Origin: Candidatus Buchananbacteria bacterium RIFCSPLOWO2_01_FULL_39_33
GTDB lineage: Bacteria; Patescibacteriota; Patescibacteriia; 2-01-FULL-39-33
Length of the DNA: 51,879 nucleotides
Direction: 5' to 3'
NCBI GenBank assembly: GCA_001817505.1
Contig: MHIM01000012.1
Span: 1 to 51,879 of the forward strand
Part shown: piece after piece, positions 43,856-51,879 of the stretch
How positions within the stretch are numbered: the first letter of the stretch is position 1
Layout: the number at the start of each line of letters is the position of its first letter
Position numbers and translations under genes: made by a program
The notes under the pieces: model-generated
Databases searched by the model: none
The model's input: the letters and a program-made list of their open reading frames with translations, nothing else
What the model was told of the DNA's origin: nothing

Positions 43856-45586
43856 ATGGAATACACGATTTTCAAAATCAAACGGCAAATAATTGATTTA
43901 GTCGCTCAAGCCATTGAACAGGATTTTGATTTAACTAATTTGGAAGTGACTAGACCGCCGGATTGGCAGCTGGGCGATTTAGCTGTGCCTTGTTTTTATC
44001 TTTCCAAATTAACCAGGCAGGCGCCGAATAAAATAGCTGAGGAGTTGGCCGGTAAAATAAATCCAGGCGGAGTCATTAAAGCCATAAAAAATATCGGTCC
44101 CTATCTCAATTTTTTTATTGATCCAGCTGTTTTTGGCAAAAGCGTCATTAATGAGATTCAAAAATATCAAGCTACTTATGGTTCTTTTAAATCGGGCCAG
44201 ACAAAAATTATGTTGGAGTATTCCCAGCCCAATACCCATAAGGAATTTCATATCGGCCATTCCCGCAATGTCATTTTAGGCCATAGCTTGGTTAATTTAT
44301 TAAAACTCATGGGCCATAAAGTCATGGCTGTCAATTATATCGGTGATACTGGAGCGCACGTCACCAAATGTTTATGGGCTTACGATAAATTCTATAAAGA
44401 TAAAGAAATTCCCAGCGATAAAGGAAAATTCCTGGGCCAGATCTACGCGGCAGCGTCTCAGAAAGTAGAGACCAATAAGGAATATAAGAAGGAAGTTGAC
44501 GAAATACTGCGTCAATTGGAAGCTGGCGATGCCCGGGCCTTCAAGGGAGCCGCTAAAAAATGGCTGGCTTTATGGCAGCAGACCAGAAAATGGAGCTTAG
44601 ACAGTTTTAATGATATTTATAAAATATTAGGCGTGAAATTTGACCAGGTTTTTTATGAAAGTGAAATGGCCAAGCCGGGCAAAAAGATAGTTGAAGATCT
44701 GCTGGCAAGGAAAATAGCCGAGAGATCAGAAGGAGCGGTGATAATTGATTTGGAAAAATACGGCTTGAAGAAATTCCTGCTTTTGAAGTCAGACGGCTCG
44801 TCTTTGTATGCCACCAAAGAATTGGCGCTGGCCAAGCTGAAATTTGAAAAATTTAAAATTGATGAGAGTGTTATAGTGGTTGATAGCCGGCAAAGTTTTT
44901 ATCTTAAGCAATTCTTTAAAACCCTGGAGATTATCGGTTGGGGCGGCAAAATGATCCATATTTCCTATGAATTCGTGACTTTAAAAGCAGGGGCGATGGC
45001 TTCCAGAAGGGGCAATGTTGTTTTATTTGAGGATTTTTATAATCAAGTTCTTGGCCGGGCCAAAATAGAAACCCAAAAAAGGCATAATGATTGGCCGGAA
45101 AAAAAGATTCAAGAAGTAGCTGACCAGATAGCTCTGGCGGCTATAAAATTTAATATGCTAAAAGTTGGCAATAACAGCATTATTGTTTTTGATATTGATG
45201 AGGCCCTGGACTTTGACGGCTTCAGCGGTCCTTATATACAATATACTTGTAGCCGGATAAAAAGCGTCCTTAAAAAAGCCAGTTTTCGGCCAGGCCAGCG
45301 GATTGACTATGCCAAATTAACAACCGAGTTGGAAAAGGAGCTTTTACTCAAACTAGCCAGTTTTCCCGAAGTAATTGCCGAATCAGCCCAGCAATACGAC
45401 CCCAGCGGCTTAGCCCAGTATTTATTTGAGCTGGCCAGATTGTTTTCCACTTTTTATCAAAAAATTCCAATTATCAACTCACCCCAGGAAATAAGCAAGG
45501 CCAGATTATTATTAATTGATTCAATCAGAATAGTTTTGATAAATGGTTTGGCGGTTTTAGGGATAAAATCACCCAATCAGATGTAA
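43856..45586 (+). CDS. argS: arginine--tRNA ligase
   Basis: 576 aa. HIGH motif (EFHIGHSRN), MASRRGN in the KMSKS position, DALR-type anticodon-binding C-terminus. Confidence 0.93.
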   Translation: MEYTIFKIKRQIIDLVAQAIEQDFDLTNLEVTRPPDWQLGDLAVPCFYLSKLTRQAPNKIAEELAGKINPGGVIKAIKNIGPYLNFFIDPAVFGKSVINEIQKYQATYGSFKSGQTKIMLEYSQPNTHKEFHIGHSRNVILGHSLVNLLKLMGHKVMAVNYIGDTGAHVTKCLWAYDKFYKDKEIPSDKGKFLGQIYAAASQKVETNKEYKKEVDEILRQLEAGDARAFKGAAKKWLALWQQTRKWSLDSFNDIYKILGVKFDQVFYESEMAKPGKKIVEDLLARKIAERSEGAVIIDLEKYGLKKFLLLKSDGSSLYATKELALAKLKFEKFKIDESVIVVDSRQSFYLKQFFKTLEIIGWGGKMIHISYEFVTLKAGAMASRRGNVVLFEDFYNQVLGRAKIETQKRHNDWPEKKIQEVADQIALAAIKFNMLKVGNNSIIVFDIDEALDFDGFSGPYIQYTCSRIKSVLKKASFRPGQRIDYAKLTTELEKELLLKLASFPEVIAESAQQYDPSGLAQYLFELARLFSTFYQKIPIINSPQEISKARLLLIDSIRIVLINGLAVLGIKSPNQM

Positions 45587-45648
45587 AATTTATTTTGGTT
45601 AGCCGCCACCAATCATTATCTTAATTGATTAAAGTTATAAATTTAGGT

Positions 45649-46023
45649 ATGCAAAAAAAATACAAAATATTATTAATTGAAGATGAGCCGGAGTTAATCG
45701 GTCTGTTTAGCGATGCGCTACGACTGGCTGGTTTTCAAGTAGAAGTGGTAGAGGACGGCATTCAGGCCTGCGGCGCTGTTAAAAAATTAAAACCCGATTT
45801 GGTTTTGCTTGATCTAATAATTCCCAAAAAAGACGGCTATGAGGTTTTAAAAGAAATTAAGTGTGATCAAACGGTCAAAAACACTTTAGTTTATGTTTTC
45901 AGCAATTTAACGCAAAAAACTGAAATTACCAGAGCTTTTAAATTGGGTGCTAAAGAATATTTAATTAAATCCGATTACACCCCTTCAAAATTAGTCGCCA
46001 AAATCAATCAGACCTTGAAATAG
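45649..46023 (+). CDS. single-domain response regulator (CheY-like receiver)
   Basis: KILLIEDE, phospho-acceptor context DLVLLDLIIPKKDG, conserved Lys region GAKEYLIK. ATG 45649 preferred. Confidence 0.85.
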   Translation: MQKKYKILLIEDEPELIGLFSDALRLAGFQVEVVEDGIQACGAVKKLKPDLVLLDLIIPKKDGYEVLKEIKCDQTVKNTLVYVFSNLTQKTEITRAFKLGAKEYLIKSDYTPSKLVAKINQTLK

Positions 46024-46114
46024 TTACCAAACTATTTCATTCTCTAACCTTGATTAAAAAGATAAAAGCTGGTAAACTACCAGCTACTATTAAATAATAA
46101 TCATTGAAATATTC

Positions 46115-46309
46115 ATGAAACCAGTTATCAGTGAAACTTGCATTGCTTGCGGCACTTGCGAGGCGCTTTGTCCGGAAGTTTTCAAAATTGAGGACCAGGG
46201 CGATAAAATGATGGCCGTTGTTCAGCCAGCTGATTACCAAAAACATAAAGATAAAATAGACGAAGCCCTGGCCGCCTGCCCGGTTCAGGCTATCAGTTGG
46301 GAGGAATAA
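46115..46309 (+). CDS. small single-cluster ferredoxin
   Basis: 64 aa. CIACGTCEALCP plus a distal CP (ACPVQAI). Confidence 0.85.
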   Translation: MKPVISETCIACGTCEALCPEVFKIEDQGDKMMAVVQPADYQKHKDKIDEALAACPVQAISWEE

Positions 46310-46320
46310 AAAAATTCATC

Positions 46321-46345
46321 AAAACGGGCTAATGACCCGTTTTTG
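46321..46345 (+). terminator. intrinsic terminator
   Basis: AAAACGGG ctaatga CCCGTTTT plus T. Confidence 0.75.
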
Positions 46346-46347
46346 TG

Positions 46348-46376
46348 TTGACTAAAATAGCTAAAATTGGTAAAAT
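46348..46376 (+). promoter_or_regulatory. ileS promoter
   Basis: TTGACT (46348-46353), 17-nt spacer, TAAAAT (46371-46376). Confidence 0.6.
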
Positions 46377-46406
46377 GTATTTAAGTTTTTATCTCATAAA
46401 AAATAA

Positions 46407-49400
46407 ATGACTGATCAAAAAAATAATCCTCTAATTGAAAAGGAATTAACAATCAAAAAATTCTGGGAGGACAATCAGATATTTCAAGAAAGTTTGGCTG
46501 CCACCAAAGATGGTGAGGTTTTTAGTTTTTATGACGGCCCGCCTTTTGCCACCGGCACGCCTCATTATGGCCATTTGGTGGCCAGTCTAATAAAAGACGT
46601 CGTACCTAGATATCAGACCATGAAAGGCAATTATGTTGAGCGTCATTGGGGCTGGGATTGCCATGGACTACCAGTGGAAAATTTAATTGAGCAGGAACTG
46701 AATTTGTCTAACCGTAAAGATATTGAAGGTTTAGGTATTGGTAAATTTAACGCCGCCTGCCGCTTAAGCGTTTTAAGGTATGCCGATATTTGGAAAAAAA
46801 CCATTCCACGTTTGGGCCGCTGGGTGGATATGGAAGCCGATTACCGCACGATGGAGCCCTGGTATATGGAAAGTATTTGGTGGGTCTTTAAGCAGCTTTA
46901 CGATAAAGATCTGATTTATGAGGGTTATAAGGCCATGCATATTTGCCCCCGCTGTGAAACTACTTTATCTAATTTTGAAGTGACTCAAGGTTATAAAGAT
47001 ATTAAGGATTTGGCGGTCACTGCTAAATTTGAATTGCTCCCACCCCCCTTACCCCCCCCTCCGGCAGGGGGGGAGAATATTCCCACTTATGTTTTGGCTT
47101 GGACGACTACTCCTTGGACTTTAATTGGTAATGTGGCCTTGGCGGTGGGCGAGGATATTGATTATGTGCTGGTTCAAGAAAACAAGAAAACAAGAAAACA
47201 AGAAAACAAGAAAGGTGAAGAAAAATTTATTTTAGCTAAAGATTTGGTTGATAAAGTTTTTAAAGATGAGGAATATGAAGTTATAGAAGAATTTAAGGGT
47301 AAGGATTTGGTGGGCAAGAAATATAAACCCCTCTTTGATTACTTTTTAGATAAAGATATTGAACACAAAGAAAATCTTTATACTATTGTCAGCGCTGATT
47401 TTGTCTCAACAACTGATGGCACTGGCATTGTCCATATTGCGCCGGCCTTTGGTGAGGAAGATCTGGCCCTGAGCCAGAAAAAAAATTTGCCCCTCATCCA
47501 ACATGTTGATTTAACTGGCCGGATTAAAACCGAAGCTAAAGAATTTGCCGGCTTGGAAGTCAAGCCCAAAGAAAATAGCCAGAAAACCGATGTAACCATA
47601 ATTAAATATTTGGCAGCTAAAAAATTATTATTTTCTGAAGAAGAATACGAGCATAGTTATCCGCACTGCTGGCGCTGTGATACGCCCCTCTTAAATTACG
47701 CCACCTCTTCTTGGTTTGTTAAGGTGACTGCTCTCAAAAAAGACCTGATTAAAAACAATAAAAAGGTTAATTGGGTGCCGGCGCATTTGAAAGACGGTCG
47801 TTTTGGCCATTGGCTGGCAGAAGCGCGCGATTGGGCAATTTCCCGCTCGCGGTTTTGGGGCACGCCCTTGCCGGTTTGGCGCTGCCAAAATTGCCAGGAG
47901 ATTAAAGTGGTCGGTTCCATTGAAGAATTGGATAAAAACAAGATTGATAATATTAATATTTACGCCATCCGCCACGGCGAATCGGAAAAAAACACTAAAG
48001 CCATTTTTAGTAATAATCTTAATAAATATCCTTTAACCGATTGGGGCCAAGAACAAACTGAGCAGGCCGTTAAAAAGTTAAAGGATCTTAAAATTGATTT
48101 AATTATTTCTTCGGAAGTTTTAAGATGTAAACAAACAGCCGAAATTTTAGCCAAAGAATTGGAGCGAGAATTAAAATTTGACTCTCGCTTAAATGAAGTT
48201 GACCCGGGCCAGTGGCAAGATCGGCCCGATAATAATGAGGCCGCTTTAAGAATGCTGACTCACTGGCGAACTGTTAATAATTACCAGATTCCTGATGGTG
48301 AAAGCGTTAGCCAGGTGGCAGAAAGGATGTTCAATCTTTTTAAGGCAATAAATAAAGATTACCAAGGTAAAAATATCTTATTGGTTTCTCATGGCGATAA
48401 TATCAGAATTTTAAATGGCCGACTCTTAGGCCTTAAAAATGGAGAAATTTTCCAAAAACCCATGCCGGAAAATACCGATGTTATCAAGTTGGCCGAAAAA
48501 ACCGTTGATTTACATAAAGATGTGGTTGATGCTATTGGGTTTGAGTGTCCGAAGTGTCAAAGCCAGATGAAAAGAATCAGTGAGGTTTTGGATTGCTGGT
48601 TTGAATCTGGTTCCATGCCTTATGCCCAATTCCATTATCCTTTTGAGAGTAAAGATAAATTTAAAAAAACTTTTCCAGCTGATTTTATCGCCGAAGGCGT
48701 CGATCAGACCCGCGGCTGGTTTTATACTTTAATGGTTTTGTCTACGGCTTTATTTAATCAGCCGGCTTTTTTAAACGTGATTGCCAACGGCATTGTCTTG
48801 TCAGCTAACGGCGCTAAAATGAGCAAGCGTCTGAAGAATTATCCTGAACCGGACTTGATAATGGACAAATACGGGGCTGATGCTCTAAGGTTTTATCTTT
48901 TGTCTTCGCCGGTTATGATAGCGGAAAACTTGAATTTTTCCGAAAGCGGCGTCAAAGAGATCTTCCAGAAAGTGATTATGTTGATGAATAATATCTTGAA
49001 ATTTTATAAGCTTTATGAGGTTGCTTCTCTAAAATCGAGTAATAATTCTAAAAATATTTTGGATCAATGGCTGTTAGCTAAACTGAATAAATTAATTGAA
49101 GATGTAACCAGGGCAATGGATGATTACCAGCTGGCCAAAGCTGTCCGGCCGCTCCAAGAATTCATTGACGAATTTTCCACTTGGTGGCTAAGGCGCAGCC
49201 GCGAACGTTTTAAATCCAGTGATGAGACCGACAAACAACAGGCCCTGATAACTTGCCAATTCGTTTTAATCGAACTGGCTAAGGTTATGGCTCCCTTTTT
49301 GCCCTTTTTAGCTGAGCAGGTTTATCAACAGGCCAACGGGCCGCTGAAGTCGGTTCATTTGGACAAATGGCCAAGAGCCGCTAAAGTCGACCAAAAAATT

Positions 49401-49928
49401 CTCGGACTAATGATCGGTGTCAGGAAAATTGTGGAATTGGGCTTAGCTAAAAGAGCCGAAGCCGGCCTAAAAATCAGGCAACCGCTGGCTTCGCTGAAAT
49501 TTTCAATTATCAATGATTCAGCTTTATTAGCTGGTTTTAAATTTTTAAACCAGCAAAAACAAGAAGAATTGTTTGGTCTAATTAAAGAGGAATTGAATGT
49601 TAAGGCCGTGGTTTTTGCTAAGGATCTCGGCCAGGAGGTGGAACTAGATACGGTGATAACTAAAGATTTGAGGTCGGAAGGATTATTGCGCGAATTAATC
49701 AGAACAATTAATAGCTTAAGAAAAGACCAAGGTTTAACTATCGGTGATAAAATTAAGGTTTTATGGCAGAGCGACAACCCGGAAATTATCAAAGTTTTAA
49801 CTGATAAAAAATTAGCCAATGAATTAAAAAACTCTGTCCTGGCTGATGAATTTGTAGCCACTGATAATACCGGCGAAGTCATAAAGATAAACGACGAAGA
49901 AATAAAAATCAAGATAGAAAAAATTTAA
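46407..49928 (+). CDS. ileS: isoleucine--tRNA ligase with three lineage-specific inserts
   Basis: 1173 aa. HYGH (HIGH), CP1 editing domain (WTTTPWTL), KMSKR, Cys4 knuckle WRCQNCQ / CPKCQ. Confidence 0.95.
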   Translation: MTDQKNNPLIEKELTIKKFWEDNQIFQESLAATKDGEVFSFYDGPPFATGTPHYGHLVASLIKDVVPRYQTMKGNYVERHWGWDCHGLPVENLIEQELNLSNRKDIEGLGIGKFNAACRLSVLRYADIWKKTIPRLGRWVDMEADYRTMEPWYMESIWWVFKQLYDKDLIYEGYKAMHICPRCETTLSNFEVTQGYKDIKDLAVTAKFELLPPPLPPPPAGGENIPTYVLAWTTTPWTLIGNVALAVGEDIDYVLVQENKKTRKQENKKGEEKFILAKDLVDKVFKDEEYEVIEEFKGKDLVGKKYKPLFDYFLDKDIEHKENLYTIVSADFVSTTDGTGIVHIAPAFGEEDLALSQKKNLPLIQHVDLTGRIKTEAKEFAGLEVKPKENSQKTDVTIIKYLAAKKLLFSEEEYEHSYPHCWRCDTPLLNYATSSWFVKVTALKKDLIKNNKKVNWVPAHLKDGRFGHWLAEARDWAISRSRFWGTPLPVWRCQNCQEIKVVGSIEELDKNKIDNINIYAIRHGESEKNTKAIFSNNLNKYPLTDWGQEQTEQAVKKLKDLKIDLIISSEVLRCKQTAEILAKELERELKFDSRLNEVDPGQWQDRPDNNEAALRMLTHWRTVNNYQIPDGESVSQVAERMFNLFKAINKDYQGKNILLVSHGDNIRILNGRLLGLKNGEIFQKPMPENTDVIKLAEKTVDLHKDVVDAIGFECPKCQSQMKRISEVLDCWFESGSMPYAQFHYPFESKDKFKKTFPADFIAEGVDQTRGWFYTLMVLSTALFNQPAFLNVIANGIVLSANGAKMSKRLKNYPEPDLIMDKYGADALRFYLLSSPVMIAENLNFSESGVKEIFQKVIMLMNNILKFYKLYEVASLKSSNNSKNILDQWLLAKLNKLIEDVTRAMDDYQLAKAVRPLQEFIDEFSTWWLRRSRERFKSSDETDKQQALITCQFVLIELAKVMAPFLPFLAEQVYQQANGPLKSVHLDKWPRAAKVDQKILGLMIGVRKIVELGLAKRAEAGLKIRQPLASLKFSIINDSALLAGFKFLNQQKQEELFGLIKEELNVKAVVFAKDLGQEVELDTVITKDLRSEGLLRELIRTINSLRKDQGLTIGDKIKVLWQSDNPEIIKVLTDKKLANELKNSVLADEFVATDNTGEVIKINDEEIKIKIEKI
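47047..47085. repeat. G/C-homopolymer hairpin element in frame in ileS (codes LPPPLPPPPAGGE)
   Basis: CCCCCCCT (47063-47070), ccggc, AGGGGGGG (47076-47083), within CTCCCACCCCCCTTA....GGGAG. Confidence 0.8.
47175..47214. repeat. 8-nt tandem repeat CAAGAAAA x4 plus one variant, inside ileS
   Basis: caagaaaa caagaaaa caagaaaa caagaaaa caagaaag. Codes QENKKTRKQENKK. Confidence 0.9.
47949..48506 (+). other. histidine-phosphatase (phosphoglycerate-mutase-like) domain inserted within IleRS
   Basis: IYAIRHGESEKN, LTDWGQEQ, ISSEVLRCKQTAEIL, NEVDPGQWQ, IPDGESVSQVAER, LLVSHGDNIR. Lies between WRCQNCQ and VDLHKD..CPKCQ. Confidence 0.75.
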
Positions 49929-49952
49929 CCAGTATTAGTTTGCTATTATCAT

Positions 49953-51296
49953 ATGACTAATAAAGTTATTAAGCCGGAATTATTAGCACCGGCGGGCAGC
50001 TTGAAAAAATTAAAAATCGCTTTGGCTTATGGCGCCGATGCCGTTTATATCGGCTTGCCGGCTTATTCCTTACGGGCCCAGACCGATTTTAATTTGAAAG
50101 ATATTAAAACGGGGATTGAATACGCTCATCAATTAGGCAAAAAAGTTTATATCACTATCAATATTTTTGCGCATAACCGGCATTTAAAATTACTGCCGGC
50201 TTATTTAAAACAACTGAAAAAATACCGGCCCGATGCTATTATTGTTTCTGATCCCGGCGTTTTACAACTGGTTAAAAAAATATTGCCAAAAGTGGCTATA
50301 CATCTTTCCACTCAAATGAATACGCTTAATTATGAAGCGGTCAGATTTTGGCAAGAGCAGGGGGTTAAGAGAATAATTTTAGGCCGGGAAGCGACTTGGG
50401 CTGATATTAAAGAAATACACCGAAAAGTTCCAAAAATGGCCTTGGAAGTTTTTGTCCATGGAGCGATGTGCCTGAGTTATTCTGGACGCTGTTATCTTTC
50501 GGCTTGGCTTTCCAAGCGCAGCGCCAATTTGGGTCTCTGTACTCAACCCTGCCGCTGGAATTATAAAATATATTTAGAAGAACAATTGCGTCCCGGCCAA
50601 ATGATGCCGATTGAAGCTGATGACCAGGGCACTTACCTAATGAACTCTAAAGATTTGAATTTAATTGATCATTTGAATGAACTAATTAAAGCTGGCGTTG
50701 TCTTTTTTAAAATTGAGGGCCGGACCAAAAGTATTTATTATCTGACAGTGGTCACTCGCGCTTATCGCCAAGCCATTGATTTGTTATCTCCCCCTGCCCG
50801 AGGGGGAGTGGCGCATCTGCCTGCGCAGGCAGGAAGCGCCGAGGGGGTGGGAGAAAAACAAAAATACAAAAAAGCACCAAAACAAAATTTAAAATTATTA
50901 AAACAAGAATTAAATAAAATTGACAACCGCGGTTATACCACTGGATTTTTATTGGGTGATGAAGCTAGTGGTCGGGAAGAATTTTCCACTGCCAAAGCGA
51001 TGAGCGATTGGGAGTTTGTCGGGGAGGTGGTTGGAATAAAAAAACAAGAAAACAATAAAACAAAAAAACAAATTATTATTATAAAGCCACATAATGCCTT
51101 AAAGGCCGGAGAAAAAGTGGAAATTATTACTCCCGCCGCTACTTATAAAACAAAATTCAAGGAATTTTTTGATAAAAATCATAAGTCAGTTAATAAAATT
51201 CGCGGCGGAACGACTGACCTTTACTCGGTGGAAATTAGTAATAAATATGATATAGTAAAGATGAGCTTAATCCGAAAAAAGAAACTCCTAAAATAA
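49953..51296 (+). CDS. U32-family peptidase-like protein
   Basis: EVFVHGAMCLSYSGRCYLS signature and the N-terminal TIM-barrel-like region. Carries a GC-rich insert (SPPARGGVAHLPAQAGSAEGVGE) and an A-rich insert (KKQENNKTKKQ). Confidence 0.88.
   Translation: MTNKVIKPELLAPAGSLKKLKIALAYGADAVYIGLPAYSLRAQTDFNLKDIKTGIEYAHQLGKKVYITINIFAHNRHLKLLPAYLKQLKKYRPDAIIVSDPGVLQLVKKILPKVAIHLSTQMNTLNYEAVRFWQEQGVKRIILGREATWADIKEIHRKVPKMALEVFVHGAMCLSYSGRCYLSAWLSKRSANLGLCTQPCRWNYKIYLEEQLRPGQMMPIEADDQGTYLMNSKDLNLIDHLNELIKAGVVFFKIEGRTKSIYYLTVVTRAYRQAIDLLSPPARGGVAHLPAQAGSAEGVGEKQKYKKAPKQNLKLLKQELNKIDNRGYTTGFLLGDEASGREEFSTAKAMSDWEFVGEVVGIKKQENNKTKKQIIIIKPHNALKAGEKVEIITPAATYKTKFKEFFDKNHKSVNKIRGGTTDLYSVEISNKYDIVKMSLIRKKKLLK
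50788..50853. repeat. compound GC-rich palindromic element in frame in the U32 gene
   Basis: CTCCCCC tgcccga GGGGGAG (50788-50808). GGCGC (50810-50814) pairs with GCGCC (50836-50840), enclosing the perfect palindrome CTGCCTGCGCAGGCAG (50817-50832). Confidence 0.85.
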
Positions 51297-51297
51297 T

Positions 51298-51879
51298 ATG
51301 ATCTCTTATCTTCGCGGGCAGATAAAATATAAAAGCGCCATACCTAAAAAAGACAATTTTGTGGTCATTGATGTGGCTGGTGTGGGTTATAAAGTTTATG
51401 TTTTAGATCGCTTTATTAATAATCTTTCAACCGGTCAAGAAATAGAAGTTTTTATTTACACCCAAGTGGCCGAGGGCGTTTTGGATTTATACGGCTTTGC
51501 TGTTGCCGAGGAACTTGGTTTTTTTGAAATTTTAATTTCCATTTCCGGCGTCGGCCCTAAAAGCGCTTTAAATATTTTGCAAAAAGCCAGAATTGATGAT
51601 TTAAGGGAGGCGGCCAATATCGGCAATGCCGATGTTTTAAGTCGGGTCTCTGGTCTTGGCCTGAAAACCGCCCAAAAAATCGTAGCCGGATTGAAGGATA
51701 AGATCGGCGGTCTGGAAATAACCAAAACCGGCGGTTGGAGCAACCAATTCAGCGAGGCGCTTGAAGCTCTGGCGGGTTTGGGCTATACTGCTTCTCAAGC
51801 CCGAGAAGCGCTGTCGCATGTTAAAGCTACCGAGACCGGAGATAAGATAAAGGAGGCCTTGAAGATTTTAGGGAAGAGG
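51298..51879 (+). CDS. ruvA: Holliday junction branch-migration protein RuvA (runs to right edge)
   Basis: Not in the track because open at the edge. MISYLRGQI...GVGYKVYV, HhH motifs ISGVGPKSAL and VSGLGLKTAQKIV, C-terminal domain LGYTASQAREAL. Confidence 0.9.
   Translation, partial: MISYLRGQIKYKSAIPKKDNFVVIDVAGVGYKVYVLDRFINNLSTGQEIEVFIYTQVAEGVLDLYGFAVAEELGFFEILISISGVGPKSALNILQKARIDDLREAANIGNADVLSRVSGLGLKTAQKIVAGLKDKIGGLEITKTGGWSNQFSEALEALAGLGYTASQAREALSHVKATETGDKIKEALKILGKR

Overview
Visibly AT-rich bacterial chromosome segment with compact, mostly housekeeping genes. The mix of small genes, AT-rich low-complexity spacers and many lineage-specific inserts suggests a small-genome uncultivated lineage (CPR/Patescibacteria-like); that placement is inference only. 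Confident genes: trxA-trxB, yraN, nusA, membrane pyrophosphatase, trigger factor, MTAP, APRT, endonuclease IV, Hsp20, CspA, S1, PgsA-like transferase, FtsH, PilB/GspE ATPase, TsaE/TsaD, tRNA-Glu(UUC), ThrRS, ArgRS, IleRS, U32 peptidase, RuvA (partial). Main unusual observations: (1) IleRS carries an apparently intact histidine-phosphatase (PGM-like) domain inserted between the two halves of its zinc knuckle. (2) A family of GC-rich palindromic/hairpin elements is scattered through spacers and also sits in frame inside tsaE, tsaD, ileS, the U32 peptidase gene and a phosphoesterase gene (RPE-like behaviour). One is associated with a duplicated tsaD 5' end and another interrupts a tRNA-Glu 5' half copy. 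(3) Two promoter-to-terminator noncoding units (about 230 nt and about 440 nt) are highly structured, and I cannot assign either to a known RNA class by eye. (4) A higher-GC accessory block encodes a membrane-anchored protein with about 55 cysteines (apparent frame change near its 5' end), a small secreted protein and a matrixin-like metalloprotease. The Cys-rich and protease genes share an 85% identical 60-nt promoter/leader. (5) A four-helix-bundle (23S rRNA IVS-type) gene is bracketed by perfect 29-bp inverted repeats. (6) There is a probable acquired block: an outer-membrane beta-barrel C-terminal relic, then an SDR reductase and a methyltransferase, followed by tandem sensor kinases of which one has degenerate ATP-binding boxes. 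No CRISPR array, rRNA, transposase or integrase is visible. All calls come from reading the sequence and the ORF track; no searches were run.
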